Positions 15,099-28,500 of a stretch of 64,000 nucleotides of DNA are shown here, in pieces. The DNA is from Oikopleura dioica (taxonomy: Eukaryota > Animalia > Chordata): positions 2,604,001-2,668,000 of the forward strand of contig OU015569.1 in assembly GCA_907165135.1 (NCBI GenBank), in the 5' to 3' direction. The position numbers were made by a program, and so were the translations under genes. Below the pieces are notes generated by a model. The model was not told the origin of the DNA, searched no databases, and saw only the letters and a list, made by a program, of their open reading frames with translations. The stretch's first letter is position 1. Each line of letters opens with the position of its first letter.

Positions 15099-18000
15099 TT
15101 AGTTTTTCTTTGACCCATTCCTTGGCGGGCCGCTTTGTTCTGATCCAGTGTCCGAGCTGATCAAATTTACTTCAGGGGACTCCTCCTTGATTTCATGGGC
15201 TCGTTTCGTCTTCTTTTTCCTCTTTAGCGGCGTCGAGGCATATCTTGAGACATGTTCTTCGTCAGAAGAAATCACCATCGTTCCTGTGCAGTTTCTGTTC
15301 TTCAACAATTTCCCTTGTCGAACTGGTGGACAAGATCGCGATCCGCGATTCTCCTTGTTCTGCTGCCACCTTTCGCGTTTGGAGGTGCCTGGTTGCATGT
15401 TGATTCCAGAGTCGCTTTCTTCTTCCGAACTGCCTACAAGCTCATTCTCCACTGGGAATAATGACTGCGATCTATCATCTGACCCCAATCCATTTTCAGA
15501 TTCCGAAGTGGTGTCAAACGGATTTCGAAAGTCCAGCTCTCCTATTTGAAATTTCTTTTGTTGATTTATTTTATTATCTGAAGTAGTTACCTAAATCGTT
15601 CGGTTCATCCATCATGTTGTCTTTATTACAGTCTCCTTCTGTCGTGAGAGGCAATTCAGGCGTGGGAAGGACAGATTGAGCTGGGAATTCCATCCTCGAA
15701 ATGGCGCGAGGAATCGAATTGTCCAGACTGCAGGTATTCGAAGCTATTGGCTCATCGAAATTGTTTTGAAAACTTAGAGAGGATTTTCAAATGCTCACAA
15801 CTAAAAGTTAATGAAGGGTTAATTGATAGATCGTTCCTTTGATTCGGTGTTTCAGGAGAAAACAAAGCGCCACTTAAATTTACTTCTTCCACAGAGTTTT
15901 GAGAGAGCTTCTCTGTAAGACCGTTCAGTGAATCGTCTCCAAAAGAGTGTGGCTCAAACTCATTGATGCTCAGATTCACAGGCTGAGGATCATCAACCTG
16001 ACGATCTTCGTCGCAATTATTTTCAGTATTGTAACGACTCAGAAGTTCTAGCGCAGCGGGCGGAGGAGAATCATCGAGACTAGGAGGAGAATCCTCCAGA
16101 CCAGATGGGATATCTGGAAGATCGCCACCAATTTCAGCAAGGCTTTCGTCTGGAACATGCGGCAGAGGTTCATCATCGCTAAGGTCCACATCGAGAAAGT
16201 TGAAATCAGTCGATGGTCCAGGCTGATCGCGAAGGGTTGCTCTCTTTTTTGTCTTTTTCGCGCTATTTTTTCTTCTTGGAGTTTTTTCCTTTGGCGTCCG
16301 TTTCGGTTTTGGTGTTCCTGATTTTCGTCTAGGAGTCTTCCATTCTGGCTCAGGGGATGGCGGCCTATGAAGTTTTTTATACTGTGCAGTAGGAATTGGC
16401 GTCGGTCCGAGAACAGGCCAAGCTGGCATTTCGTAGTTGAGCATTTTTCTCCATGTGGTTTTACGAACTTCAGGAGATTGACTAGTGATTTTGGCCATAA
16501 AAGTCTCCAAGGTCTTTTCGCCTTCGAGTGCTTTCTTGTAGCTCTCGTATTCGCACTCGTACATAAGATAGAGAATTCGACCGTTGTGTTTTCTTCCAGT
16601 TCGACCGGATCGTTGAGCATTTCGAGTTTGGTTCAAAGAATGGTCGTACTGAACTACAAGATCGCAAGCTGAAATGTCCAGTCCCTCTTCTCCAATAGAC
16701 GTCGCCGCTAGAACATTAATATCTCCCTTCTTGAACTTTTCCAGCTGCTCGACTTGCTGCTTCTGTGTGATCTTCTCGGCAGTGACTTTTAGCTTCGTAG
16801 TATTGGCTCCGTGGCCAACGAAAAAGATGCACGAACATTATTCGAGCAATTCGCAACTAAATATCTTCTGATTTCTTCGACAATGCTCCTGTCGTTGACG
16901 AACACGAGAGCTCTCTTTTTGTAGCTTGTGGCGGCATCAACAAAGTACTTTTCCAGTTCAGTTGCTAGGTTTTTCAGCTTCTCGCTCACTTCAGTGTTGC
17001 CAGGTTGTTTGAATCTGAAGATCGTTTTCTTCAATTCTGCAACTGCCTTGCGATTGATGTCTTTCCAGACAGATTTCTCCTTGTCCGTGCAGTTGTTTTC
17101 AAACAAGTCAACCATCTTGCCCATTCCGAATTTTCGCAGGGCCACCAGACAGGCCACTAGTTTCGAAAAATTCTAATAAAATTATTAGTGCTCTTATTCT
17201 TTTTTCTTGAATCACACTTACTTGATACTTGGGGTAATAAAATTTCCAGTATTGGAGGTGTTTTGACCTGTTGTACTCTTCTAACAGACCGTAGTTGCTG
17301 ACGCTCGCTATATTTATATTCAAAAGAAGCTTTCCCTTCTGAATGGTCTTTAAGATCCCGTCTCCGATGTCTGAGAGAAGGCGGAGGCATGTCAGTTCGG
17401 TCTTTGTTCGTCTAACAATGATCTCATCGATTTGGACGATATGTTTTTTTATTTCTGGATGCGAGGCTGGGTAGAACACGATGTCCTTTCAGGGCTCTTT
17501 CTTTGATTTTCTCCGAGTTGAATAAGCTTTGATAAGTCATTTAGGAGCCCCTTTCCTGTATGAATAAATTCTCAACCACTTTGTAAAGCTTGTCACGCTC
17601 TGGCGTAGCCGTCAAGCCAACGATTCTAAATTCATCCGTTTCCGCCTTGAAATTGGTAATGACTTGGCTGTAGGCGTGCTCTCCAGTCGCTCTATGTGCC
17701 TCATCCACGATGACGAGCTTGACTCGATTGAACTCGATGAGTTTTTTTCCAATGTCGCTATTGATACACTGGGGCGTCGCGCAGATCAGCCGGCACTCAC
17801 TGTACATTTTCTGGCGTTTCTTATCCGACGTATTCCCTGTGATGAGGCAAGATTCTCGCTTCGAAATGCCAGCATCGCGTGTGATCGCCTCCTGCTGCTG
17901 CTTTGCCAAGGGTTTCGTCCAAGCTACGAATATTGCCTGCGAGTTCGGATGCCAGTCGAGGAAGTTTCGGATCACTGCAGCTGCCACTAGAGTCTTTCCA

Positions 18001-18269
18001 GCACCAGTAGGAAGGCACACCAGGCAATTGTTCTTATTAACAAAAGTGAGGGGTATTTCTTTGATGAGAGTTACCTTCAAGGCTCGCCGTGTACATTGCT
18101 GTTGATAAGGCCTGACAGGGAAGTCATTCGGAAAGACAAATTCGCGCTGCTCGGCACTGTTAGCCGATTGTTGCTGCGTTGGCGAGACTACTTGGGTCGC
18201 CCAAGTAGTGATTGGTACTTGCTGAGTCCCATAACGCGTGTAAGTATTATGGAAAACGCGGTCCGACAT
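15099..18269 (-). CDS. FANCM: FANCM/Mph1-family DEAH helicase
   Basis: VRPYQ, LVCLPTGAGKT (motif I), VIVDEAHRATGEHAY (II), GLTATP (III), ATSIGEEGLDI and QRSGRTGRK (VI). Low-complexity C-terminus. One 42-nt intron is read through in the ORF track. Confidence 0.93.
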
Positions 18270-18395
18270 CGTCTGTCTAAATCTATTCCGGTATATAATA
18301 TATATAGAATATACGGTATATTCTGCCGTACATAGAGAAAAGAGACAAAAGTAAAATTTACTATCTTTGTTTATTCAACTGAAGCTTTTTAAAAG

Positions 18396-21300
18396 TCAGG
18401 AATGAACAGCTTTCAAAATTCTTTCTTCGATTTTCAGTTTTTCTTTCTTGAGTTTTTGACGCGCGTGAATCGTGTTAGCAACTCCTTTCTTTTTAATAAC
18501 AAGTGGGTCGACCATTATCAGCTTTTCAACGAGTCGTAAGACACTAGATCGATACTTAAGAAGCATGGAATTAACGAGGAGTACTCTACCTTTCATAAAG
18601 TCGAGGATCATCTGTGTTCAACGCCGCTAGAACTGAATCCAGTGCGTGGTAGTGATAAAGACTTGTTACATCTGATGAATGAATCAGCATTTCTTCCATA
18701 AAACTGAAAACAGAACATAGAAAATTATCTCCTCATTGGTTGCCTCACTTGATTATCCACAATCGCTTTCTTTTCGTATTACTGTGTGCCCAGAAAAAGT
18801 CGATGAAATCTGGCACCGAATCTGAGAAACTTTCCATATGAACCACACTGGCCATCATCGTCTGATACATTTCATGCTCTGGCTTGATCATCAAATGAAT
18901 CGCTCGGGAAAAATAGACTGCGACAGCACTTTTTAGCGGTTTTTCTTTTACAAGATTGAAAATAAGCATTTCTTTTTTGTGTCACTTTGATAAATGAAAG
19001 TAAATGCGATTTGAATCTATTCCTGGTTCGAGAATTTCCTCCAAGAACAAGAAGAATGAAGCGATAAGATTGAAATTCGACCAGCGGTAAATAATCAGAT
19101 GATCTTTAATCCGGAAGAGGGATTCTAGAGCAACGCTTCGAAGCTTGTCGTCTTCAAGAGTCAATGCCATGATACAGAAACTGAACGCTCCTAAAATCTG
19201 TTGAAAAATCAATATGTAGATAAAGAGCTTACCAGAGCTTATCAGGAGTTTTGGGTCAACTTGAGCATCTGCTCTCACCAAATCACAAAGAGCAAAAAGC
19301 ATGAAGGCAGGATCATAAACGCAAGAATCATCTTTCTTTCCAAAATTAATCATCGTTTTTTGCATTCTTTCTCTATCCAAGTTCTCCAAAAAGGCGCGGG
19401 AATGATCTGTAGTCAAAATTCTAGACGATTCGTTTGATTCGTGGCTTGAGCTACTTGATGAGCCGAATAAAAAGGGACGATGGCGGTAGATGAGTTTTGA
19501 TCGGGAGAAAATTTTGTTGATGAAAGAGTTGATTTCTCGGTCCAGTGGGGAAGTCGAACAGGTATAAATGCTTTGAATGGGTTTATGAAATTTTCACAGA
19601 GCAAGCATTGCTTTTGCTGAAAAAAAGATAAACCATTTCCTAAGAGACAACTTGGGTAACTCTTCCCAAAGGTCCTCTTCTTCTCCCAAAATCTGCAGCA
19701 CGAGCAATATATTCATCCTCCCTTCTTCGGATAGCTCTTTATTCCTCAAATTCATTTCTTTCAGTAGTTCCTTCGCTTCTTCATTATCCATCGCTTCGAC
19801 TTCTATCAATGAGCAGAGGATCTTGAGTTCATTCAAATCATCGTACGATTCCATCGCTAGTTTTTCTTTCAACCTATTTTTCGTCAATTCTGTAAATTCT
19901 TGAGGAAGTGTCTTGACTCGCTCGAGAAAGCCACCGTTTCCTAGAATTTGACAGATTTGCAGCTCGGACATTTTACACGATTTGGAAGGTTTTTTCAGTG
20001 CGCTTTCAAGAAGATCTGCCGTTTGAATGGAAATGGAAGGGTTAGAAATCGCCCGAAGGAGGAGTTTTTCGGACCAAGACAAGCAGGGCTTAATTCTATT
20101 TCAGAAAGAAAGACAATTTCAATGCCTACCTTTGTGAATTCAAGTAGCTCTGAATTTTCCAACAAGCATTTTTCCAGTTCGAAAGAAAACTTTTTCCCTT
20201 CAAAAGCTCTCTTAGACTTTCCTCAAGTCCGGTAAAATTTCTAATGTGCCGAGCCGCCAAGAACTTAGCTTTCGTCGATGAGTCGCTTTTTCTCAAAATT
20301 GCAACGAGCAGTTCTATGGTTAGGTGATGCGCTTCTTTTTCAAGTATTTCTTCGTACTGGCACAATTTCAACAGCTCATAGTTTTCGAATTTTTGGACAA
20401 TTGAAGGGTCTTTTTCGTATAACACTTTTAGAAATTCCTTTGGCGCAGAAAATAAAGATTTCTTGAGCAATACGTCATTCGATAAAATCTCCTCCAGTCG
20501 CTCTTTTCTCAAGTATTCATGAAGTCCTTCAGCGCTAGAAAATTCTACCAGGGTCCGAGTATCAAAATGCTCCCAGAGCGTCTTGGGCGGCACCAATCCG
20601 GAGTTGTTGAAATATTTCATGCAAAACTGCTTCATCAATTTGTTCTCCACCAAAACGGTGAATAAATAGTTTTTGGAGAACTCGCTCTTTAGAAAATTTC
20701 GCTGGAAACTTGTCGATTCCAGAAGAGAGACGAGATGATGCGCTTCTATTTCGGAAAAGTCTTCGATTAGACTGGCGATTTGGGTGAGAAGAGGGACGTT
20801 TTCGTTGGCTTCTTCGATTTTGGAAACATAGAAGATAAACTTCGATAAATTGTCGAAGCATTCCGGAGCTTCGCAGCCGGATTTTCGCTTCTTATTCTTT
20901 GATTTCTTCGTTTCGATCCAGAGCTTTTCGCATTTTCTAATTATCGATTCATTTTCTTCGTTGGCTAGTTCTCTGAGAGCATCGAAAATCGCAGCCAACG
21001 TGAGTTCCGGTCGCTTCACAATTGACCAGGCGACGAAGATTGCTAAGACTTCTGGAGAAATTGAGTTGTCTTTTTCGATCAGTTTGACGATTATTTTTGG
21101 GAGTGGAGAAGAAGGCAAGCGCGAGACTTCCATGGGAGTGTCGCTTGATCGAGGAGAAATGAGAGATTTGAGCTCGCTAAGCCAACCAGCTGACGTTGTA
21201 TCGCTGAGAAAAATCATAAAATACTCAATAGTCTTTTCTATTTTACCTAGTAATATCTTTGGCGATTTCTTCCAAATTTTTAATCTTTGATGAAATCAGC

Positions 21301-23064
21301 GGCCAAGAAGGAAAAGCAAGCAGTTTCGAGAGCACCTCACAAGCAGACCCTTTCAACTCCATCGAGCTCTTTTCTGATTGCGCGATGAGAACGAGCTCCG
21401 AAAATGCGTTTTTCTTCCCTTTGAAGAACAGAATCGAGTCTCTTCTTTTGTCGATAAGTTCGAGCAAAATTATTGTGCTTCGTTCGCAGCTAGTCATTTT
21501 TGAGATGAAGCTCTCGAATTTTACTGGAGCCAGCACAAAAGGACAGAACTCATCTGAACTAAATTTTATTTTTATATTCAATCTGTCAACCACTTGCCGA
21601 TTGATTTGAGCATCACCATCGTCTGAGAAATCAAGTTTTCATCAATCTTGCGCCTGTTTGTTTCTGACTTGTCGATAGAGAGAAGAATCCGATTGAGCCA
21701 AGAGTTCAGCGCCATTCCTTGAGGCAGCAGATCTACTGCTTGATCTTGAAATTGTTGCTGGACGTTTTTCTGCGTCTCTGGATGATCTATTCTTCCAAGC
21801 AGCTGGTGAACCCGAGCCAGGAGGAGGGGATAGACGCGGATCAAAGCAGCTACGTCCTAGGAAAGGCTTTTATTGTTGTTTGGGCTCGAAGATTTCTTAC
21901 TTTATAGCTTCCCATTTTCGATTGCTTCGCTAGAAGAGCCTCAAACTCCTCCTTTTTAAACAATCCAAAAGTTTGCTTTTTGATGCACTCGATTACCGCT
22001 GCTGGGTCTCCACGAAGTCGCTTTTTCTTCAAAATGCTATCGCTTTCTTCTAGTTTCTCAAGAACGCACTGGAAGTGAGTGACGTTCTGCAAGTCGATTC
22101 CTGGAAAGAAGTACTTTGGAATGAGCTCTTCTCGTCGCGCTAGAATCTCGGCCGAGAAATTTATTGACAACTCGTCGCCTTTTCTGATTGAAGTCAGGAG
22201 AGACATGAAGTGAAAGTTGGCCATTTCTTTCTGCAGCAGATCCTGGTCAAGGGCCGCTCCGTGCTCGTGATCCACTGCGAGAAGAAGCATGTTCGAGAGA
22301 AAGGGTTTGAATTCGGGAGAAACTTTGAGCCAGAGGCGGCCGAGAGACTTAAGCGTCAAGTCTTTGAAAATCGACAATTTCGAGGTCTTCGACATTTCCT
22401 GATTAGCCAGCACTTTCGAGTGGAAGAGTTCCAGCGTTTCGAAGTCCTTTTCAAACTGCTCTGGAGAAAGGATTTGAAGAAAATTGGACAAAAGGGCCGT
22501 GTTAGGATTAACGTGCATTCCACTGTAGAGCAGATAATGGTGCACAAGTCGTTTGAGCTCTAGGAAGAAGTTTGCCTTGCCGAATAAAACGTACACAGAT
22601 GTCCATTCCATGTCGGGCACGACTCCGTAATTGATCAGGGTAGAAATGAGCTGAAGGGCGATCATGTTGACTTTTTGCGAGAAAGGCAGGGAGAGGCAGT
22701 TTTCTAGGTTGCGAGGAGACTTGGAAATTTCAATAGCCGCTTTAAAAGGATTTAAAATGCAAATTTCAAAACTCAAATTTCAAATTATTTTTCCACTGAA
22801 AACCCTTCCTGGTCGCCCAACATCGTCGATTATCTGCGACAAAATACGCAGCGATAGAATTACTTCATCATTATCCTTCTGTTTCACGGCGTGAATGAAC
22901 TTTTCAACTGCTGACGCTGTGTACCCCGCTAGTCCGGTGATGTTCGTCTCCAAAAATCGGTTAAGCTGCTCCCGGTTCGCCGTCAAAAGGTCTATTCTTT
23001 TCGCGGAAGGAGCGGAATCGAAATCCGGCTCATCAGAACGCTCAGAAGGACGCTTTCGATTCAT
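18396..23064 (-). CDS. URB1: Nucleolar pre-ribosomal-associated protein 1 (Npa1/URB1)
   Basis: Long HEAT-like multi-exon protein with the NopRA1-type C-terminal segment VYDPAFMLFALCDLV...FCIMALTLEDDKLRSVALESL and VPDFIDFF. Confidence 0.8.
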
Positions 23065-23196
23065 TTAACGATATTTCTGAGTTGAAAAGCTTGTTAAAGA
23101 AAATCTACTTTCTCATTTGGATGAAGAGGGTTTATTTGGAAGCGAGTTTATGAATCATTGGAACAGTCGAACAGGAAATAAGTTAAGCATCGATTT

Positions 23197-24899
23197 TTAT
23201 TTGGGATCGACGTGCATGTTTTCGAAGATCCAGGCCATGTAGTTAGCGACACGGGTGTAGAGTCCTCGCCGGCCGCAGCCAGCGCCAATGTTGACGATTC
23301 CCTGCAGCTTGTAACCGTCGTCTCCGAGGTCCAGGCAGAATAGAGGCCCACCAGAGTCCCCGTCGCAAGCGGCGCCATGCGCTAGAATCAGTTTTAACAA
23401 CCAGCTTATCAAGTATAAAAAATCACCTGAAGAAGGAATGGAGCCATATTTGCTGGGGTCGTAACTGCTGTCAGCCGTGCTTCGCCCCGCACAGAGCCGA
23501 TTCTCCATGCTTTTGAAAAGAACGCCAATTTCTAGCTCCCGCTGATTAAGTGTGCATTCGTCCATCGGAAAAAGGCGCACCAGAGCTTGCTGCAGAAAAT
23601 TCGCTCGATCACTCTCTCCATAACTGCTCGAATAATAAAGACTGTCTTTCGCAGAGGGTTACATTATTTTTTCTGAAGTTGCCACAAAGAACTAGTAAAA
23701 GCCTCTTTCCTTGGAGACGGGTGTTTCCCCAGCCGGCGACAAAACAGGAAGACTGTTGGTATTTGTTGCTTCTAATGATGTCCGCTTCTGGATCTGGCAG
23801 GCAAATCGGCCGTACATACTCGTTGTACTGTATCGTACTGTTTGTTATAAGTAACGCGATATCGTTTTCATAGTCTGACGTTTTAAAACGAGGGTGCTTG
23901 ATTTGGGCTCTAAGATTAGCTCCGAAAATAAATAAACGAAACTATTTGAAGGAAATTACTTCTTTTAAAGCCCAACTTGACAATTTTATCTAGATGGTAT
24001 TCAAAACCAACTCCTTGCTCCGGATCAGAATCGTGTTTACCCAGGAGGACCTTGAAGCGCGCAACATGCAGAGTATCGATACAGTGGGCAGCTGTGACGA
24101 TAGCGCGGGAACTGATGACAGAACCAGCGCAAGGCTGCTCCCATTCTTTCGTTCGGATGTTCCTTCGCATCAGCATTGCCATCCACGGCCAGCTATGGGC
24201 AGCGGCTGTTTCTCCGTTGAAGATGCGAGCGGAAGCAGACATTTTGAACTTCGGGTGAATCATTCCGCAAGTTGAATCTTCCTCTTCGTCGATCTCATCC
24301 TTCTCCATCTTCGCGGAAGAATCATCGTTATAAGACAGGATCCACGTGACAGGTCGGTAGCACTTATCGTCTCTCCAGCAACACTTCCAGCGGTTACAGT
24401 GTTCTTCGGATACAAAACCTGACGAGCCGCAATAAAGTGAAGGAATATCCGCGTCACAACCCCGAATTATGGGTCGAAGAAAATTATTTTGGCAAGACTG
24501 ATAGAAGAGAATTAATATTGACCCTTTCCCAGAGTAAAGTAAACGCTCCGTACTGAACAATTTGTCCTCGGAAAGCAGGCGATGGTGGCATTGACAAGTA
24601 GGGATTCAGGTTGCTCTCTATCAGAGACGCACTAATAAAATTTAAGTAATTTAAATTCAGAGCTGTTAAAATTCCAAGATCAATCTAATCGAAAAATCTC
24701 ACCTAAGATTATCTGAATTCGACGACACCGAGCGCATCGCAAGCTGCCCATCGGAAGGGGCCAAATCATCCCTTGCTCTTTGGATGAGCTTGACCAAGCT
24801 TATCTGAAAATCTGCTAGTGGATTGACGCTCTTCTGCTGCGCTGTGGAATCGAGAAGCTCTGAGTGAGAAAAAGGCAAAAACAGCGGGGATATTTTCAT
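23197..24899 (-). CDS. Secreted S1 (chymotrypsin-fold) serine protease with an N-terminal trefoil/P-domain
   Basis: RIFNG activation site, TAAHC, NDIALL and GDSGGP catalytic motifs. Upstream six-Cys motif C-x8-CG-x9-C-x4-CCW-x4-CY. Confidence 0.9.
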
Positions 24900-25534
24900 C
24901 AGCGGCGGTGGAACGCTCTCTCCGAATGACGACGATTACCGAGGAGCCTTAGCCGTTGCGGAGTAATGATTTTTTCAATAAAGAAGCGCGGGGTGCGTTT
25001 TTGAGCTTCAGGGGGCTTCAATCATCCCAATTCACTCAAGTGATAGGCATCCATTAACAACTACCGCAGGCCATGACAAGCCCTGACACTTGCTCTGCAT
25101 AATTTCGCCCGAAATTTTACGACACATTCATCACCCGATCCGAAGAGTGACTCAGGCAACGCGCAACTCGTGCTCTAGCGCCAGAATAGTACTATCAAGG
25201 ATAGTCCAAGGCAGTATCTTTCAGGAGTTCGAGAGCACAAGATTTTTTTATGAAATATCTGTCTTTATTTATATTTTTAAAAGGCACAGATTTTGTCTAC
25301 TTGATTTTGACATACAGAAATGTGAACGAGTGGTTTTTCTGTTTCGGAAATAAGAGGAAAAAGCAAGGACTTGAAATAATACAGAAGATGAAATAGTTTT
25401 GTTAAATATATATATATATAAACTTGACTTTAAGGACTTGAAGAAGTATGTTATTTAAATGAGCTAAAGGTAAATAAGCTGTAGAAGGCTTTTAAATGTT
25501 TAGCTATGAATTAATGAGTGAGAGCACGATAAAA

Positions 25535-28500
25535 CTAGACACGATTCCGCAAGAGACTCTTTCTCAGTTCCATCTCGTCTGCTCCACTCTCTTGCACGCC
25601 GATTTTGTTGAACTGGAAAGTGCCCGCGCCCGAGTTCGGAGCGCGCTTCTTGTAGAAAATGATACAGCAAAAGAGGATCCCTAGAGTGGTAACGCCGTAG
25701 ACTAGAATGTTGACGAAGCTGCTCGAGTTTTCGCTCTCCCAGCTTGGATCTTCATCATCAACGACATCTTCATCTGTGCGTGCCTGTGGATCGACAGGGT
25801 CAGCGAGAATGTCCTCCTTATTTTCACTCGATTCAAAAGAGAGAAGTTTGTTTTCCGAATTGTCACTGGTAGGATCGTCCTCCTCAAGATCAAAGAGCTC
25901 GTCACTTTCAGACTCGTAGCTCTCTTCGGACTGCGATTCTTCAGAATTCTCCGAATCATCGTAGCTTTCTAGCGACTCTAGTAATTCCTCCTCGCTTTGA
26001 GCTTTAAACTGCGTCGTGTCGACAAACTCTTCTTCTTCCATGAGTTCATCTTCAATGTCCATTTGCGGCGTAACTTGGAACAAGTTAAATTTCAGGAAGA
26101 CAGTTGGTTTTTCAGCGGTAATCTCTATGCTTTCTGTTTGGTTGTGGAAGCCCGGCTTGTGGATAAGCACGGAGTAGGTTCCAGGAAGAAGCGGACGGAA
26201 GAAATCGCCGCTTTTCAGTGACTGCACGTGATGCGAACGGGCTTTGGGAACATCTAGTGACAGGAGTTATTTTATTAAATACCATTTTGTCAATCACCTT
26301 GATCATAAATCTCGACGATCGCTTGAGAAACGGGGTTTTCGTTGACATCGAGAATCTGGCCAGTGAATCCGGACGAGGCGAAAGAGTAGTATTTGTAGAT
26401 ACTCTCTCTATTCGCTTCCCAGTATTTTTGAAGAAAAGGCTCAGAGGGATACTTGAGACAGCCGATTTCAACAGTCACCTCGAGCGTATTCGTGTAGAAG
26501 TAGTTCCAGTCTTGCATGCTGCCGGAAACTTCGTACCACTCGGCGCCGTTAGTTATTCCGCCTAAAATAAGAACATGGGGAAAATGGACAGAAAGTGGAC
26601 AAACCTTTGAATCGCTCTACGCCGTATAGACTCTTCGTTTTTGGATTTTCCTCGATCCCGATCGCATCATCTTCGCACCCTTTTCCATTCGCCATTGTTG
26701 GATGATTGTTTGCATAAGTACTGGCAAGATGACGAAAGACATCGTCGTCGTCGCACTTAGAGTAGCTACCTTTTTTATCGCGACCAAGAGCATAACTAGT
26801 CTTTGAGCTCCAATAGTTGTCGTCGTACGGATAGTTGGCCAAAAGACCGCCATTGTGCAGATTTAGCGACAAGACGAAATTCGTCTTTTCGGACCAGTTC
26901 ATAACGAGCTCTGTCTCCCGAGCTGGAAGAGGCGCTCTTCCTTGCTGCGGGAAGGGAAAATTGCGATTGAGATCGACACGATCATTGTTGTCACGTCCAA
27001 AGCCGCCAGTTTGAGCATCTTGTTTGTGTGGTCCGTCGTTGAGGATTTCTAGCGTCGCGATTTCGTGCCCGTCTGGATTCATTGTAGAAAGAACGTGGAT
27101 TCGGTTGGAGTCGACGAAATTCTTGACTTGGGGATCACTCTCGTAGTTGGTGACGAGATCAGTAATGAAAGCGACGGCGGTGATTTGCGAAGAAGCCTCG
27201 TTTCCGTGCATCGCAGCGACGAGTTTCAACTCGGGCTTGAATAGCTGATGCTCGCCTGGGTCGCTGGAGACTTCGACGACCCAGAGATCGCGTTCCTTGA
27301 TTGACTTGCCGATTGAGTAGAGCTTTGAGATTGAGGAATACTTCTCCGTAAGTTTTTGGAGGTATTCCGTCAGATCCGCGTGGAGACGATGTTTGAAAGG
27401 GTTGAAATCAGGATCAGTAAGCTTCGAGAGATCGACACGTGCGGGAGCACTCTCTTTTTCTTCGTTTTCGGAAAGCACCGAATTAGCTTCCTCCTCAGGA
27501 GGAGATTGAGTAGGCTCCTGATCATAATCGTCAGTTCCTGGCTCGGGATTTTTTGCACGAAGTTCCAGAGGAGTTTCAATTTCTTTCGAAGCCTCTTGTT
27601 CTTGTGCGTCGACTAAATCTAGAGTTTCTGTTTCGAGAATTGATTGGGGCTCGTCAGAGTCGACTTTCTCCTCAATTACGGTTTGATTGTCATCATCAAT
27701 TTCTTCTGTTTCAGACGATCGTTTGCCTCGGAGCGTGATGTTTCGGGCAACTCCGCCTTTTGGCACATCGATTGTGATTGTTTCCGTCTCAAAGCCTTCT
27801 TTTGCGAAAGTGACTTGATAAGTTCCCGGGACGAGTGGTCTCCAGTAGTCGCCGTTTGAGTCCGAGTGCATTACTTTATCAATTCCGTCGACTGTAATTT
27901 CAACGTTGTTCTGTGGATCCCCTTCGTCGCAAGTAATAAACCCATGGACAGTTTGATCCGATTGACGAATGTAAGCCAGAAGGGCGTTTTTGTTTCGAGT
28001 CCATTCGTGCTCAAGCGTTGATGCTCTAGGATACTTGCAGCAAGTCAGTTCGATGGTGATCTCGACGCAATCGCCGTAGATGTAGTTGAAGTCTTCCATG
28101 CCGCCGTTGAGGGGATACCAATTGGCACCATTCGTGACACCTTTGATGAAGCTAGGCTCGGGCTCGCCACATGCTGCGCCGTCCATTTTGTGCATTGTTT
28201 CGTGGTTATCTGCGTAAACATGAGCCAGCCACTTCAGGAGCTCATCATCTGGCATCTTTGAGTAGCCATGTCGCTGGCCATTTGGAAGTCCGTCCCAGCT
28301 AAAAGACAAGTTTAACTCCTTGACTACTGTGTGGCCAAGTAACTGGGCAGGACTGACCCATAAGAAGCGACTTCAGAGCCAGCATGCAAATTGAGGGAGA
28401 GAACAAAACGACTGTTCAGGATCCAATCGATCATCGCTAAATTCTCCTTGGCAATGTTTCGCCCGTTTCCGAGCTGTGTGTCGCCGACCTTCCAGTTTGT

